A stretch of 64,000 nt of DNA, taken from assembly GCA_030698885.1 (NCBI GenBank), contig JAUYLN010000020.1, positions 7,346-71,345 on the forward strand. The letters run 5' to 3'. The notes beneath the pieces are model-generated. The model was not told where the DNA came from, searched no databases, and saw only the letters and a list, made by a program, of their open reading frames with translations. Positions 10,340 through 19,475 of this stretch are shown here, piece by piece. Position 1 is the stretch's first letter. Every line of letters starts with the position of its first letter. The DNA is from a bacterium. GTDB taxonomy: Bacteria; Patescibacteriota; Minisyncoccia; 2-02-FULL-40-12; IGHO2-01-FULL-4-A. The translations under genes and the position numbers were made by a program.

Positions 10340-10996
10340 ATGAAGACAGATTTATACAATCAATCAGGAGAGGTGATAGGCGATGTCGAATTGCCCGACA
10401 AATTTTTTGGCGTTAAAGTTAATAACAACTTGGTGCATGAGGCTGTTGTAGCTCAGATGGCAAACAGGAGACAGGTTCTTGCCCACACTAAAGACAGAGG
10501 AGAGGTCAGGGGCGGAGGTATTAAACCTTGGAGACAAAAAGGTACAGGCAGGGCCAGGCACGGCTCCATCAGATCCCCAATCTGGGCTCATGGCGGAGTA
10601 GCTTTTGGACCGACCAAGAACAGGAATTTTTCCAAAAAAATAAATAAAAGGGCAAGGCAGGCTGCTGTGTTTATGGTGCTTTCTTCAAAATTGAAAAGTG
10701 AACACTTTATGGTTGTTGACCAGATAAAGCTAAACGAGGTTAAAACTAAGGAAGCAAATAACGTTTTATCTGTAATATCTGATAAATTTAAAAATTATAA
10801 AAAATCAAAAATTAAAAAGGACCCGGTGTTGATAGTGATGGCCGCCAAGAATCCGGAACTGCAGAGAACGTTTAGGAATCTGCCTTTTGTGGATGTTATG
10901 GGCGTTGATAGCTTGAATGTGGTAGATTTGCTAAAAAATAAGTATTTGTTAATGATGAAAGATTCAATTCAGGTGATGGAGAAACATTACAAGTAA
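10340..10996 (+). CDS. rplD: 50S ribosomal protein L4
   Basis: L4 homology (…GGGIKPWRQKGTGRARHGSIRSP…). Confidence 0.9.
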   Translation: MKTDLYNQSGEVIGDVELPDKFFGVKVNNNLVHEAVVAQMANRRQVLAHTKDRGEVRGGGIKPWRQKGTGRARHGSIRSPIWAHGGVAFGPTKNRNFSKKINKRARQAAVFMVLSSKLKSEHFMVVDQIKLNEVKTKEANNVLSVISDKFKNYKKSKIKKDPVLIVMAAKNPELQRTFRNLPFVDVMGVDSLNVVDLLKNKYLLMMKDSIQVMEKHYK

Positions 10997-11077
10997 TCTA
11001 CCAATTACTAATAAAATCACTAATATACTAACAGGAAATAGATTGGTAAATTCGTATCCAATTCGTAATTAGTAGAT
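10997..11077 (+). repeat. Intergenic nested-palindrome element, copy B (rplD->rplW)
   Basis: TCTACCAATTACTAATAAAATCACTAATATAC...ATTCGTAATTAGTAGAT, stop-to-start. Confidence 0.85.
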
Positions 11078-11080
11078 AAT

Positions 11081-11485
11081 ATGGGATTATTCAATAAAAA
11101 ATCTAAAAAAGAGGAAGAAGAAAAGCCGGAAAAAGCTACTGAAGTTATGCCGGAAGAAAAACAAGCCGAGCCCGGGGATGTGAAAGTGGTACTGCCGAAA
11201 GGCAAGAGTGCCAGCTCTTATAGTGTAATTTCAAACCCCTATGTTACGGAGAAATCTAGCATGCTTGCGCAGTTTAATCAGTACGTTTTTAAAGTTTCAA
11301 AAAATTCAAACAAAAAGGGAATCAAAGATTCAGTAGAAAAGCTTTATAACGTTAAAGTAGAAGATGTCAGAGTTGTTAATTTGCCCTCCAAGACAAGAAG
11401 AATAGGCAGGACGTTGGGCGTTAAAGCCGGTTATAAAAAGGCTATAGTTAGCCTAAGAGAGGGTGATAAAATTGAAGTCGTATAA
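11081..11485 (+). CDS. rplW: 50S ribosomal protein L23, with a ~45-aa Lys/Glu-rich N-terminal extension
   Basis: The C-terminal 90 aa match L23; the N-terminal extension is low-complexity. Confidence 0.85.
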   Translation: MGLFNKKSKKEEEEKPEKATEVMPEEKQAEPGDVKVVLPKGKSASSYSVISNPYVTEKSSMLAQFNQYVFKVSKNSNKKGIKDSVEKLYNVKVEDVRVVNLPSKTRRIGRTLGVKAGYKKAIVSLREGDKIEVV

Positions 11486-11601
11486 ATCTACCAATTACTA
11501 ATTTTATACTAATATACCAATAGAATTTATTAGTATATTAGTGATTTAATTCGTAATTCGTAGATTAAGTATATTAGTGACTTTATTAGTAATTAGTAGA
11601 T
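11486..11601 (+). repeat. Intergenic nested-palindrome element, copy C (rplW->rplB). A 1.5-unit copy with the 3' arm duplicated.
   Basis: It contains ...ATTCGTAATTCGTAGAT and a second ...ATTAGTAATTAGTAGAT. Confidence 0.85.
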
Positions 11602-11604
11602 AAC

Positions 11605-12444
11605 ATGGCAAAACATTACAAACCATATACAGCATCAAGAAGGCACATGACGGGTTATGATTTTTCAGGCCTGTCAAAAGTAGAGCCGTTAAAAAAATTA
11701 ACAGCCGGTTTTAAGCGTTCAGTAGGCAGGAACAATCAGGGTAGAATTACTACCAGGCATAAGGGTGGAGGAGTAAAAAGACTTTATAGGGCAGTAGACT
11801 TTAATCAAAACAAACTAAATATTTTGGCAAAAGTTGCGACCATTGAGTATGACCCGAATCGTTCAGCCCGTATCGCCAGACTTCATTATGCTGATGGAGA
11901 AAAAAGATATATTCTTGCACCGGATAATTTGAAAGTAGGAGATGCCGTTGTTGTAGGCGAGAAGACTGCTATAAAAATAGGTAACAGGATGAAGCTGAAG
12001 AATATTCTCCAGGGAACGATGGTCCATAATATTGAGATAAGTCCCGGCAGGGGCGGGCAACTGGCCAAATCAGCCGGAGCCGGTGCTATGGTTATGGCCA
12101 AAGAAGGCAATCATGTTCAAATACAATTACCGTCAGGAGAATTAAGAATGTTTAATGGTGAAGCGATGGCTTCCGTGGGTCAGTTATCAAATATTGAGCA
12201 CAATACGATTGTTATAGGAAAGGCAGGGCGTTCCAGGTGGATGGGCAGAAGGCCGGCGGTCCGTGGCAGTGCCATGAATCCGGTGGACCATCCACATGGT
12301 GGAGGAGAGGGCAGACAGGGCATCGGACTTAAGTATCCGAAGACGCCGTGGGGCAAGCATGCATTGGGAGTTAAGACCAGAGATAAAAAGAAGAAGAGCA
12401 GTAAATTTATAATAAGAAGAAGAAAGAAGAAGGCGAGGAAATAA
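11605..12444 (+). CDS. rplB: 50S ribosomal protein L2
   Basis: L2 homology (…HPHGGGEGR…). Confidence 0.95.
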   Translation: MAKHYKPYTASRRHMTGYDFSGLSKVEPLKKLTAGFKRSVGRNNQGRITTRHKGGGVKRLYRAVDFNQNKLNILAKVATIEYDPNRSARIARLHYADGEKRYILAPDNLKVGDAVVVGEKTAIKIGNRMKLKNILQGTMVHNIEISPGRGGQLAKSAGAGAMVMAKEGNHVQIQLPSGELRMFNGEAMASVGQLSNIEHNTIVIGKAGRSRWMGRRPAVRGSAMNPVDHPHGGGEGRQGIGLKYPKTPWGKHALGVKTRDKKKKSSKFIIRRRKKKARK

Positions 12445-12474
12445 TAAGTATTATCAGGCAGTAAGCTTTTTTCG

Positions 12475-12537
12475 GGTACGACATATTCGCCTGCTGGCGA
12501 ATTGTCTGGATCTCGCACCGTCGTGCTGCGATACACC
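12475..12537. repeat. Repeat GGTACGACAtATTCGCCTGCTGGCGAATTGTC...CGTCGTGCTGCG. A second copy at 41816-41878 lies downstream of fusA.
   Basis: The two copies lie downstream of rplB and fusA respectively. Confidence 0.6.
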
Positions 12538-12649
12538 CTAAAAAAGCCTACTGCCTGATGGAAGTTTAACAATTTACTTAAGAGGAAAGAGTGGTAATGG
12601 AATAAGGTAGATGTAATTGTAAATACAATTACATCCCGCTATTATTCGT

Positions 12650-12690
12650 AGATTCCTGCCTGCCGGCAGGCAGGCGAATGCCATTTGTAT
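12650..12690. repeat. GC-rich palindrome CCTGCCTGCCGGCAGGCAGG, a REP-like family member
   Basis: Perfect 20-bp palindrome. The same motif occurs at 35958-35980 and variants at 31067-31086 and 28165-28200. Confidence 0.6.
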
Positions 12691-12727
12691 ATTGGCATCG
12701 CGTAGCGAGCAAAGCGAGCGAAAAAAA

Positions 12728-12970
12728 TCAGACCCGTGGGGCCTGATTACAGTAAGCTTTAAAAATTTTGATCAAAGATAAGACAATGACGATTCCTAAA
12801 AACATCTTAATGGCGCCGAGATTGAACCAAAATAGATCCACGTCGCAATACCATACTTTGGCCAGCCCATTATCGGTTTGGCATATGTTTTCCATAATAG
12901 TACGGAAGAGATTTTCAAATTTAAAATATAAAAATATACATACAGCAAAGATTATCAATGGTAGTCTCAT
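12728..12970 (-). CDS. Small two-TM hydrophobic protein encoded antisense inside the r-protein operon (cassette 1)
   Basis: Minus strand: SD GGGAGA then ATG. The product has two hydrophobic helices. Its ends are conserved with the cassette at 15304-15799. Confidence 0.4.
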   Translation of the reverse strand: MRLPLIIFAVCIFLYFKFENLFRTIMENICQTDNGLAKVWYCDVDLFWFNLGAIKMFLGIVIVLSLIKIFKAYCNQAPRV

Positions 12971-13050
12971 TATCATTCTCCCAGTTGTCAAAAATCAAAA
13001 CTGATGATATTCTATCACGACTAAGCTATGTGTCAAATTAGTGTTTTGGT

Positions 13051-13115
13051 CATTGGGATTTGGAGCTTATTTAGGAATTAGAAATTAGGATTTAGAAATT
13101 AGAAATTCAAAGTTT
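13051..13115. repeat. AT-rich tandem repeat (GGAATTAGAAATTAGGATTTAGAAATTAGAAATT) upstream of rpsS. A related block lies at 45947-46062.
   Basis: Direct repeats of (a)gaaattag/ggatttag are seen in the sequence. Confidence 0.5.
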
Positions 13116-13168
13116 TATTAAATAAGAATTGATAAATATATAAAAAACAGATATTAAACTAAACTAAC

Positions 13169-13513
13169 ATGAGCAGATCACTAAAGAAGGGTCCTTTCGT
13201 GGATCCGAAATTACTGAAAAAAATAGGCAAGTTAAGAGCCGGCGACAAGACGGTTATTAAAACGTGGTCGCGTGCGTCAACGATAACGCCTGAAATGGTG
13301 GGCTTTACCTTTGGCGTGCACAACGGCAGAATACATTTACCGGTATTTGTGACCGAAGATATGGTCGGCCATAAGCTTGGCGAATTTTCTTTAACAAGAA
13401 AATTCGTAAGGCATGGTGGCAAGATGCAGAAAGAAATAGAAATCGCAGCCAAGCAGAAAGAGATAGATGCCGCCAAAGCTGCCAAAGTTGAGCCGGAGGC
13501 ACCTAAGAAGTAA
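13169..13513 (+). CDS. rpsS: 30S ribosomal protein S19, with a Lys/Ala/Glu-rich C-terminal extension
   Basis: S19 core homology. Confidence 0.9.
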   Translation: MSRSLKKGPFVDPKLLKKIGKLRAGDKTVIKTWSRASTITPEMVGFTFGVHNGRIHLPVFVTEDMVGHKLGEFSLTRKFVRHGGKMQKEIEIAAKQKEIDAAKAAKVEPEAPKK

Positions 13514-13594
13514 TCTACCAATTACGAATTACATAACTAATATACGAATAATAAATAGATTAGTATATTAGTGATTTTATTCGTAATTAGTAGA
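13514..13594 (+). repeat. Intergenic nested-palindrome element, copy D (rpsS->rplV)
   Basis: TCTACCAATTACGAATT...GATTAGTATATTAGTGATTTTATTCGTAATTAGTAGA. Confidence 0.85.
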
Positions 13595-13599
13595 AATTT

Positions 13600-14118
13600 A
13601 TGGAAGTCAAAGCAAGCTTAAACAATTTAAGAATAAATCCCAGAAAAGTAAGATTGGTGGCTAACCTCATAAGAGGGTTAGATTTTGAGCAGGCAAAAAA
13701 CCAGCTTAACTTTATGATAAAAAGATCATCAAGTCCTATCTCTAAACTTCTTGATTCCGCGGCCGCTAATGCTGAAAATAATTTTAATTTAATCAGGAGT
13801 AATCTTTATATAAAGGAAATAACCGTTAATGAGGGCCGTAAGCTTAAAAGATTTAAAGCTAAGGGATTCGGACGGGCAATGCCAATACAGAAAAAAACTT
13901 CGCATATAAATGTTGTATTTGATGAAAGGGTGCCCGGACTTAAGCAGGAAGTAAGAAGCAAAAAAGAGGAGCAAAAGAGCGAAGAAGCCATGGACCACAA
14001 TCATGAGCACAAAGAAGAACCGAAATTCAAGAAAGAGATTAAAACTGAATCAAGGCAAAAGCAGAGCGATTTATTCGGAGGATTAAAGAAGAGAATGTTT
14101 AGAAGAAAAAGCATTTAA
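13600..14118 (+). CDS. rplV: 50S ribosomal protein L22, with a ~60-aa charged C-terminal extension
   Basis: The N-terminal 110 aa match L22. Confidence 0.9.
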   Translation: MEVKASLNNLRINPRKVRLVANLIRGLDFEQAKNQLNFMIKRSSSPISKLLDSAAANAENNFNLIRSNLYIKEITVNEGRKLKRFKAKGFGRAMPIQKKTSHINVVFDERVPGLKQEVRSKKEEQKSEEAMDHNHEHKEEPKFKKEIKTESRQKQSDLFGGLKKRMFRRKSI

Positions 14119-14200
14119 TCTACCAATTACTAATTTTATACGAATATACCTATGAAAGGCTTGATTAGTATATTAGTGATTTAATTCGTAATTAGTAGAT
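14119..14200 (+). repeat. Intergenic nested-palindrome element, copy E (rplV->rpsC)
   Basis: TCTACCAATTACTAATTTTATACGAATATACC...GTATATTAGTGATTTAATTCGTAATTAGTAGAT. Confidence 0.85.
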
Positions 14201-14203
14201 AAC

Positions 14204-14830
14204 ATGGGACAAAAAATATCACCAACATCATTAAGGATAGGAATTAGCAAGGACTGGTTGTCCAAGTGGTTTGGCGGCCGCAGATATAAGGAGTTGCTTG
14301 CCGAAGATTTTAAAGTCAGAACGATGTTGGCTAAAAAATTAAAGAGCATGAGTGTTGACAGGGTAGAGATAGAAAGAAGCCCCGATACGTATGCTGTCAC
14401 AGTCTATACTGCCAGGCCGGGACTTATTATAGGAAGAAGCGGAACAGGCGTGGAAGATGTAAAAGAGCAGATTAAAAAGATACTTAGCCGTAAAACTAAC
14501 GTAAGATTAGATATCCAAGAATATAAAAACCCTGAAACCTCTGCCAAAATAATGGCAGAATCAATGTCGGAACAGATTGAAAGAAGACTTCCATTCAGAA
14601 GAATTATGAAGCAAACTTTAATAAAAATAGTAGCGAGCAGAGACGTTAAGGGAGCAAAGATACAGATGTCGGGAAGATTGAATGGCGCCGAAATTGCAAG
14701 AACGGAACATTTGGAGCAGGGTAGTTTGCCTTTACAGACTTTGCGGGCAGATGTTGATTATGCCAGGGTAACGGCTCACACCACTTATGGAACGATAGGC
14801 ATAAAAGTCTGGATATACCGGGTCTACTAA
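14204..14830 (+). CDS. rpsC: 30S ribosomal protein S3
   Basis: S3 KH-domain homology. Confidence 0.9.
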   Translation: MGQKISPTSLRIGISKDWLSKWFGGRRYKELLAEDFKVRTMLAKKLKSMSVDRVEIERSPDTYAVTVYTARPGLIIGRSGTGVEDVKEQIKKILSRKTNVRLDIQEYKNPETSAKIMAESMSEQIERRLPFRRIMKQTLIKIVASRDVKGAKIQMSGRLNGAEIARTEHLEQGSLPLQTLRADVDYARVTAHTTYGTIGIKVWIYRVY

Positions 14831-14897
14831 TTACTAATTTGATACGAATATACTAATCTATTTTTTTATTAGTATATTAGTGATTTTATTCGTAGAT
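14823..14897 (+). repeat. Intergenic nested-palindrome element, copy F (rpsC->rplP). Its 5' arm overlaps the last codons and stop of rpsC, and its 3' arm is shortened.
   Basis: ...GTCTACTAATTACTAAT... runs through the rpsC stop; it ends ...TTCGTAGAT-TATG. Confidence 0.7.
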
Positions 14898-14898
14898 T

Positions 14899-15303
14899 AT
14901 GTTACAACCGAAAAGAATAAAACATAGAAAAGTACACAAGAGAAGGATGCATACCGTCGCGAGAAGGGGCAGTTATTTGAGCTTTGGCAATTTCGGGTTA
15001 AAGGCTACTGAGCCGGCTTATATAAAATCATCCCAGATAGAGTCAGCAAGAAGAGCCATAGCCAAATCAATAAAACGCGGAGGTAAGGTATGGATAAGAA
15101 TATTTCCGGATAAACCGTTTACGGCCAAGGGCGCGGAAGTAGGCATGGGTGCCGGAGCCGGAAGTTTATCTCATTTCGTTGCGCCGATAGAAGCCGGAAG
15201 AATAGTATTTGAAATGGCCGGTGTTACGGAAGATGTTGCCAAGGAGGCATTGAGGTTGGCAGGACATAAACTGCCGGTGAAGACGAGGTTTATTAAAAAA
15301 TAG
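14899..15303 (+). CDS. rplP: 50S ribosomal protein L16
   Basis: L16 homology. Confidence 0.9.
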   Translation: MLQPKRIKHRKVHKRRMHTVARRGSYLSFGNFGLKATEPAYIKSSQIESARRAIAKSIKRGGKVWIRIFPDKPFTAKGAEVGMGAGAGSLSHFVAPIEAGRIVFEMAGVTEDVAKEALRLAGHKLPVKTRFIKK

Positions 15304-15424
15304 TCGCTCCGACCTATCTGGCTTTTGTTTGGGTCATGCGAATCAGGAAAAATAAGAAGAAGGTAATAAAAATCAGGCCGGTGGGGCCTGATTATAACAA
15401 GCTAGTTAGTTATGAATTTTCGGA

Positions 15425-15655
15425 TTATAGCTTTTTTCTCACGAATAAATATAGGAGGGTCATTATCACCATAGTTGAAAGATCAATAGCTAATACTTCA
15501 TTTGTATTTAGGTCACCATGGCCTATCCCATATCCGAATAGGCTGAAAACATCGAAATTATTTAAATTGGAATTAAATATATAGCAGTTTATGGTATGAA
15601 ATAATAAAAGTGTGGCCACTAAAAGAAATGATGTATCAAGATGTATCTTGGCCAT
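15425..15655 (-). CDS. Small two-TM hydrophobic protein encoded antisense inside the r-protein operon (cassette 2)
   Basis: Minus strand: ...TTGACAACTGGGGAGGTTTGT-ATG, with SD GGAGG 5 nt before the ATG. It lies downstream of a conserved promoter-like block and is followed by the aatcaggccggtggggcctgatt hairpin. Confidence 0.4.
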   Translation of the reverse strand: MAKIHLDTSFLLVATLLLFHTINCYIFNSNLNNFDVFSLFGYGIGHGDLNTNEVLAIDLSTMVIMTLLYLFVRKKL

Positions 15656-15720
15656 ACAAACCTCCCCAGTTGTCAAAAATTAAAACTAATGCTATAGTAT
15701 CACAACTATGAAAAGTCATA

Positions 15721-15795
15721 AAGCTCTAAGGCCGTATAGCTATAAAGCTTAAAAAAGCTCTATGGCTCTACAGCTTTATGGCTTTAAGACCATAA
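15721..15795. repeat. Short tandem-repeat block (AAGCTCTAAGGCCGTATAGC...AAGCTCTATGGCTCTACAGCTTTATGGC) immediately upstream of rpmC
   Basis: The motif family (GCCGTAAAGC / AAGCTCTATGGC) is shared with 16237-16305 and 24551-24622. Confidence 0.6.
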
Positions 15796-15799
15796 AAAT

Positions 15800-15985
15800 A
15801 TGAAGTACAGTGAATTACAAAATAAGGGTGCAGAAGAGTTAAATAAAATGCTGGAAGAGCTGAAGATTAAGCTTGGAGAAATGAAGTTTCAGGTTGCCAG
15901 CAATGCCCTCAAAAATACCAACGAAATGGGCGCTGTAAAAAAAGATATTGCCCGAATTTTAACTATAATGCAGCAAACCGAATAA
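15800..15985 (+). CDS. rpmC: 50S ribosomal protein L29
   Basis: 61-aa L29-like protein positioned between rplP and rpsQ. Confidence 0.8.
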   Translation: MKYSELQNKGAEELNKMLEELKIKLGEMKFQVASNALKNTNEMGAVKKDIARILTIMQQTE

Positions 15986-15986
15986 T

Positions 15987-16235
15987 ATGGAAAATCAAAA
16001 TAAAAAAAATAGGGTTTTGAAGGGTGTAGTAGTATCGGATAAGATGCAGAAGACTGCCGTTGTTGAGGTCTCAAGACTTATTAAGCATCCGAAATACAAA
16101 AAATATCATAAGGTCAGTAAAAGATTTAAGGCTCAAAATGATGACAATAAATATAAGACGGGAGAGAGGGTGTTAATTCAGGAAACAAGACCGATATCTA
16201 AAGATAAAAGATGGATTGTTATTGCTAAGCAATAA
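15987..16235 (+). CDS. rpsQ: 30S ribosomal protein S17
   Basis: S17 OB-fold homology; the ATG overlaps the rpmC stop. Confidence 0.9.
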   Translation: MENQNKKNRVLKGVVVSDKMQKTAVVEVSRLIKHPKYKKYHKVSKRFKAQNDDNKYKTGERVLIQETRPISKDKRWIVIAKQ

Positions 16236-16236
16236 A

Positions 16237-16305
16237 GCGGTAGCCCTAAAGCCGTAAGCCGTAAAGCTTTAAAGCTCTATGGCCATATGGCTCTATGGCT
16301 TTATA
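16237..16305. repeat. Short tandem-repeat block (GCCGTAAAGC / AAGCTCTATGGC family) upstream of rplN
   Basis: agccctaaagccgtaagccgtaaagctttaaagctctatggccatatggctctatggc. Confidence 0.6.
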
Positions 16306-16307
16306 TC

Positions 16308-16673
16308 TTGATTCAGTTAAGAAGTATAGTAAATGTAGCTGATAATAGCGGAGCCAAAAGAGTTGGCGTTTTTAAGGTTTTAGGAGGTTCCAGAAAAAGA
16401 TATGCCAGAATAGGTGATATTGTGGTTGTGTCAGTAAAAGAAGCTGAGCCAGGAAAACAGGTTAAGAAAAAAGAAGTGGTTAAGGCCGTGGTTGTCAGAC
16501 AGAGAAGTAATTTCAGGAGAAAAGACGGAAGCTATATCAGATTTGATGAGAATGCGGTTGTTATATTGGACGGAATGAATCCCAAGGGTGGACGTGTTTT
16601 CGGTCCGATACCAAGAGAAATAAAAGAGAAAGGTTTTGATCAGATTGCAAGCTTAGCCCAGGAAATAATATAA
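16308..16673 (+). CDS. rplN: 50S ribosomal protein L14. A TTG start is inferred from the conserved M-I-Q N-terminus; the track ORF begins at 16287 inside the tandem repeat.
   Basis: ...[16 protein letters not shown]... L14 motif. Confidence 0.8.
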   Translation: MIQLRSIVNVADNSGAKRVGVFKVLGGSRKRYARIGDIVVVSVKEAEPGKQVKKKEVVKAVVVRQRSNFRRKDGSYIRFDENAVVILDGMNPKGGRVFGPIPREIKEKGFDQIASLAQEII

Positions 16674-16763
16674 ATCTACCAATTACGAATTAGATACTAA
16701 TATACAAACAAGAAATAAAGAAATAGATTGGTATATTGGTGACCTGATTAGTAATTAGTAGGT
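16674..16763 (+). repeat. Intergenic nested-palindrome element, copy G (rplN->rplX)
   Basis: ATCTACCAATTACGAATTAGATACTAATATAC...GGTATATTGGTGACCTGATTAGTAATTAGTAGGT. Confidence 0.85.
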
Positions 16764-16766
16764 AAT

Positions 16767-17072
16767 ATGAATATAAGAAAAGGCGACAATGTAATAATGA
16801 GAGGCGGAAAAGACCGAAGAAAGACCGGAAAAGTTTTGGCTGTACTGACAAAAGAAAACAGGGTAGTTATAGAAGGGCTTAATACTGTAAAGAGACATCT
16901 TAAAGCAAGGAAGCAAGGCCAGAAGGGGCAGGTAATAAATAAAGAGAGAGCGGTACCTCTATCTACGGTGCAGCTTGTTTGCAGTAAATGCGGTAAGCGG
17001 ACAAGGGTGGGGATTCAAGTAAGCGGGGACAAGAAGATAAGAGTTTGTAAAAAATGCGGAGGAGAAATTTAG
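16767..17072 (+). CDS. rplX: 50S ribosomal protein L24, with a C-terminal Cys4 zinc ribbon (CSKC...CKKC)
   Basis: An N-terminal KOW domain typical of L24. The C-terminus carries CxxC-x14-CxxC in place of the usual tail. Confidence 0.85.
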   Translation: MNIRKGDNVIMRGGKDRRKTGKVLAVLTKENRVVIEGLNTVKRHLKARKQGQKGQVINKERAVPLSTVQLVCSKCGKRTRVGIQVSGDKKIRVCKKCGGEI

Positions 17073-17153
17073 GTTTACCAATTACGAATTAGATACTAAT
17101 ATACGAATCGGAGTTCATTGGTATATTGGTGACCTGATTAGTAATTAGTAGAT
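17073..17153 (+). repeat. Intergenic nested-palindrome element, copy H (rplX->rplE)
   Basis: GTTTACCAATTACGAATTAGATACTAATATACG...GTATATTGGTGACCTGATTAGTAATTAGTAGAT. Confidence 0.85.
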
Positions 17154-17157
17154 GACC

Positions 17158-17709
17158 ATGAAAGAACCAAGATTACTAACTAAATATAGAAAAGAAGTAG
17201 CCCCTGCAATGCAGGCTAAGTTTAGCTATAAAAGTGTTATGGCCATACCAAAGATAGAAAAAATAATCCTTAATGTAGGTACGGGCAAGGCTGCAGTCGC
17301 AAAAGAGCAAAAACTTATGGATAAGATTGAGCAAGATTTGACCAAGATAACCGGTCAGAAGCCCTCAGTTAGAAAATCCAAAAAATCTATTTCCGGATTC
17401 AAGGTTCGTGAAGGAATGGATGTCGGCAAGATGGTTACCTTGCGTGGCAGAAGAATGTATGATTTTATGGACAGGTTGATATCTGTAGCCCTTCCAAGGT
17501 CAAGGGATTTTCACGGCCTGGATGCAAAGTCTTTTGATAAAAGTGGTAATTTTAATATGGGCATAAAAGAACAAAATATTTTTCCGGAAGTTGCCTATGA
17601 ATCATTGAAGGATATATTTGGTTTGCAGATAACAGTTACAACTACAGCAAAGAATAAAGAAGAAGGCAGGGAGCTGTTGAGCCTAATAGGTTTTCCAATA
17701 AAAAACTAA
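17158..17709 (+). CDS. rplE: 50S ribosomal protein L5. An alternative start at 17152 is formed by the last bases of the repeat.
   Basis: L5 homology. Spacing after the element matches other copies if the start is 17158. Confidence 0.85.
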   Translation: MKEPRLLTKYRKEVAPAMQAKFSYKSVMAIPKIEKIILNVGTGKAAVAKEQKLMDKIEQDLTKITGQKPSVRKSKKSISGFKVREGMDVGKMVTLRGRRMYDFMDRLISVALPRSRDFHGLDAKSFDKSGNFNMGIKEQNIFPEVAYESLKDIFGLQITVTTTAKNKEEGRELLSLIGFPIKN

Positions 17710-17795
17710 TCTACTAATTACTAATAAAATCACTAATATACGAAATACGAATAAAAATCATTAGTATATTAGTATCTAATTCGTAATTGGTAGAT
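17710..17795 (+). repeat. Intergenic nested-palindrome element, copy I (rplE->rpsZ)
   Basis: TCTACTAATTACTAATAAAATCACTAATATACG...TTAGTATATTAGTATCTAATTCGTAATTGGTAGAT. Confidence 0.85.
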
Positions 17796-17798
17796 GAT

Positions 17799-17984
17799 AT
17801 GCCGAAAAAATCAACAATTGCAAGGTCAAACAAGAAGCCAAAGTTTTCCAGCCGAACTGTTCTCAGGTGTTTTATATGCGGGCGTAAGCATGGCTTTATG
17901 AGAAAGTTTGGATTGTGCAGGATACATTTTAGAGAATTGGCCGGTGAGGGGTTACTTCCCGGAGTAAAGAAGTCGTCATGGTAA
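17799..17984 (+). CDS. rpsZ: 30S ribosomal protein S14, type Z (zinc-binding, 61 aa)
   Basis: MPKKS...[25 protein letters not shown], a CxxC...C zinc motif. Start taken at the conserved MPKK. Confidence 0.85.
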   Translation: MPKKSTIARSNKKPKFSSRTVLRCFICGRKHGFMRKFGLCRIHFRELAGEGLLPGVKKSSW

Positions 17985-18055
17985 TCTACCAATTACCAAT
18001 AAAATCACTAATATACTAAATTAGTAAATTCGTACCAAATTCGTAATTAGTAGAT
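17985..18055 (+). repeat. Intergenic nested-palindrome element, copy J (rpsZ->rpsH)
   Basis: TCTACCAATTACCAATAAAATCACTAATATAC...AAATTCGTAATTAGTAGAT. Confidence 0.85.
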
Positions 18056-18061
18056 GATAAT

Positions 18062-18457
18062 ATGTATACATTAGGTAATATGCTAATACAATTAAAAAAT
18101 GCTCAATCCGTAGGACACGGGAGAGTTTTGGTGCCATTCTCCAAAATGAATTTGGCAGTGATAACCCTGCTTAAAGACGGCGGATTCATAGATGGTTTTG
18201 AAAAGAAAAAAAGAAAATTGAAAAAAAGCGAAGTTAATTTTATTGATGTTAAGCTAAATAGTGATGACGGTAAAAAAATAAATAATATAAAACTGGTATC
18301 AAAGCCTTCAAGAAGAATGTATATAGGTAAAAAAGAAATAAGACCCGTTATGGAAGGACATGGTATGCTTGTGGTTACTACGCCAAGAGGAGTTATTTCT
18401 GGAGAGGAAGCAAAAAAACAGGGAGTAGGCGGAGAGGCATTGTTTGAGGTCTGGTAA
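18062..18457 (+). CDS. rpsH: 30S ribosomal protein S8
   Basis: S8 homology. Confidence 0.9.
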   Translation: MYTLGNMLIQLKNAQSVGHGRVLVPFSKMNLAVITLLKDGGFIDGFEKKKRKLKKSEVNFIDVKLNSDDGKKINNIKLVSKPSRRMYIGKKEIRPVMEGHGMLVVTTPRGVISGEEAKKQGVGGEALFEVW

Positions 18458-18527
18458 TCTACCAATTACCAATAAAATCACTAATATACTAATTAGTAAA
18501 TTCGTACCAAATTCGTAATTAGTAGAT
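18458..18527 (+). repeat. Intergenic nested-palindrome element, copy K (rpsH->rplF), near-identical to copy J
   Basis: TCTACCAATTACCAATAAAATCACTAATATACTAATTAGTAAATTCGTACCAAATTCGTAATTAGTAGAT. Confidence 0.85.
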
Positions 18528-18532
18528 GATAC

Positions 18533-19078
18533 ATGAGCAGAATAGGTAAACAACCAATAAATATATCACAGGGAACAGAAGTCTTTATCGACGGCAGTTT
18601 GGTTCGGATAAAAGGACCCAAGGGAGAGCTTAGCATCAGTATCCCGCGACAGGCTACTGTTGAGAAAGATGATTCTGCCATTACCGTCAAAGTTAAGAAT
18701 AAAGAAGATAAAAAGCAAAGAGCAATTTGGGGACTGGTGCGTGCTCTACTGGCCAATATGGTTAAGGGAGTTAATGAGGGATTTGAAAAACAGCTGGAGT
18801 TTAGCGGAGTTGGCTTCAGGGCCGGCTTAAAAGGTCAAGACCTTGAGCTAAGCTTGGGGTTTTCTCATCCGGTTTTAATTAAGGCTCCGGCCGGCGTTGT
18901 TTTTAAAGTAGAGAAAAATACGATTACGGTTAGCGGTATAGATAAGCAGTTGGTTGGCCACGCCGCTGCCTTTATAAGGTCTAAGAAGCCGGTGGAACCA
19001 TATAAAGGAAAGGGCATTAAATATATCGGCGAGTATGTAAAAAGAAAAGCCGGCAAGAAAGCTGTAGCATCAGCATAA
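18533..19078 (+). CDS. rplF: 50S ribosomal protein L6
   Basis: L6 homology. Confidence 0.9.
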   Translation: MSRIGKQPINISQGTEVFIDGSLVRIKGPKGELSISIPRQATVEKDDSAITVKVKNKEDKKQRAIWGLVRALLANMVKGVNEGFEKQLEFSGVGFRAGLKGQDLELSLGFSHPVLIKAPAGVVFKVEKNTITVSGIDKQLVGHAAAFIRSKKPVEPYKGKGIKYIGEYVKRKAGKKAVASA

Positions 19079-19093
19079 ACTAAAAATAATATT

Positions 19094-19441
19094 ATGAAAC
19101 CATCAAAGCAAAAAAATAGAGAAAGACGCCATACTCGAATCAGAGCTAAGATTAAGGGTACTTTAGAGATACCGAGGGTTTCAGTTTTTAGAAGCAATAA
19201 AAATATTTTTGTTCAGTTTATTGATGATAAGTCCGGTAAAACACTGGTAAGTAATATTGTTAAGTCTTCAGAAGGAAAGGGTACTAAAACAGAGAAAGCC
19301 GCTACAATAGGCGAAACATTAGCCCAAAAAGCAATTCAGGCCGGAATAAGCAAGGTCGTATTTGATAGGGGCGGGTTTAATTATCACGGCAGAGTGAGGG
19401 CACTGGCGGAGGGCTTAAGAAAGGGAGGGCTGAAATTCTAG
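19094..19441 (+). CDS. rplR: 50S ribosomal protein L18
   Basis: L18 homology. Confidence 0.9.
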   Translation: MKPSKQKNRERRHTRIRAKIKGTLEIPRVSVFRSNKNIFVQFIDDKSGKTLVSNIVKSSEGKGTKTEKAATIGETLAQKAIQAGISKVVFDRGGFNYHGRVRALAEGLRKGGLKF

Positions 19442-19475
19442 AACTAAGCCATAGGCAATAAGTTGTACGATTTTC

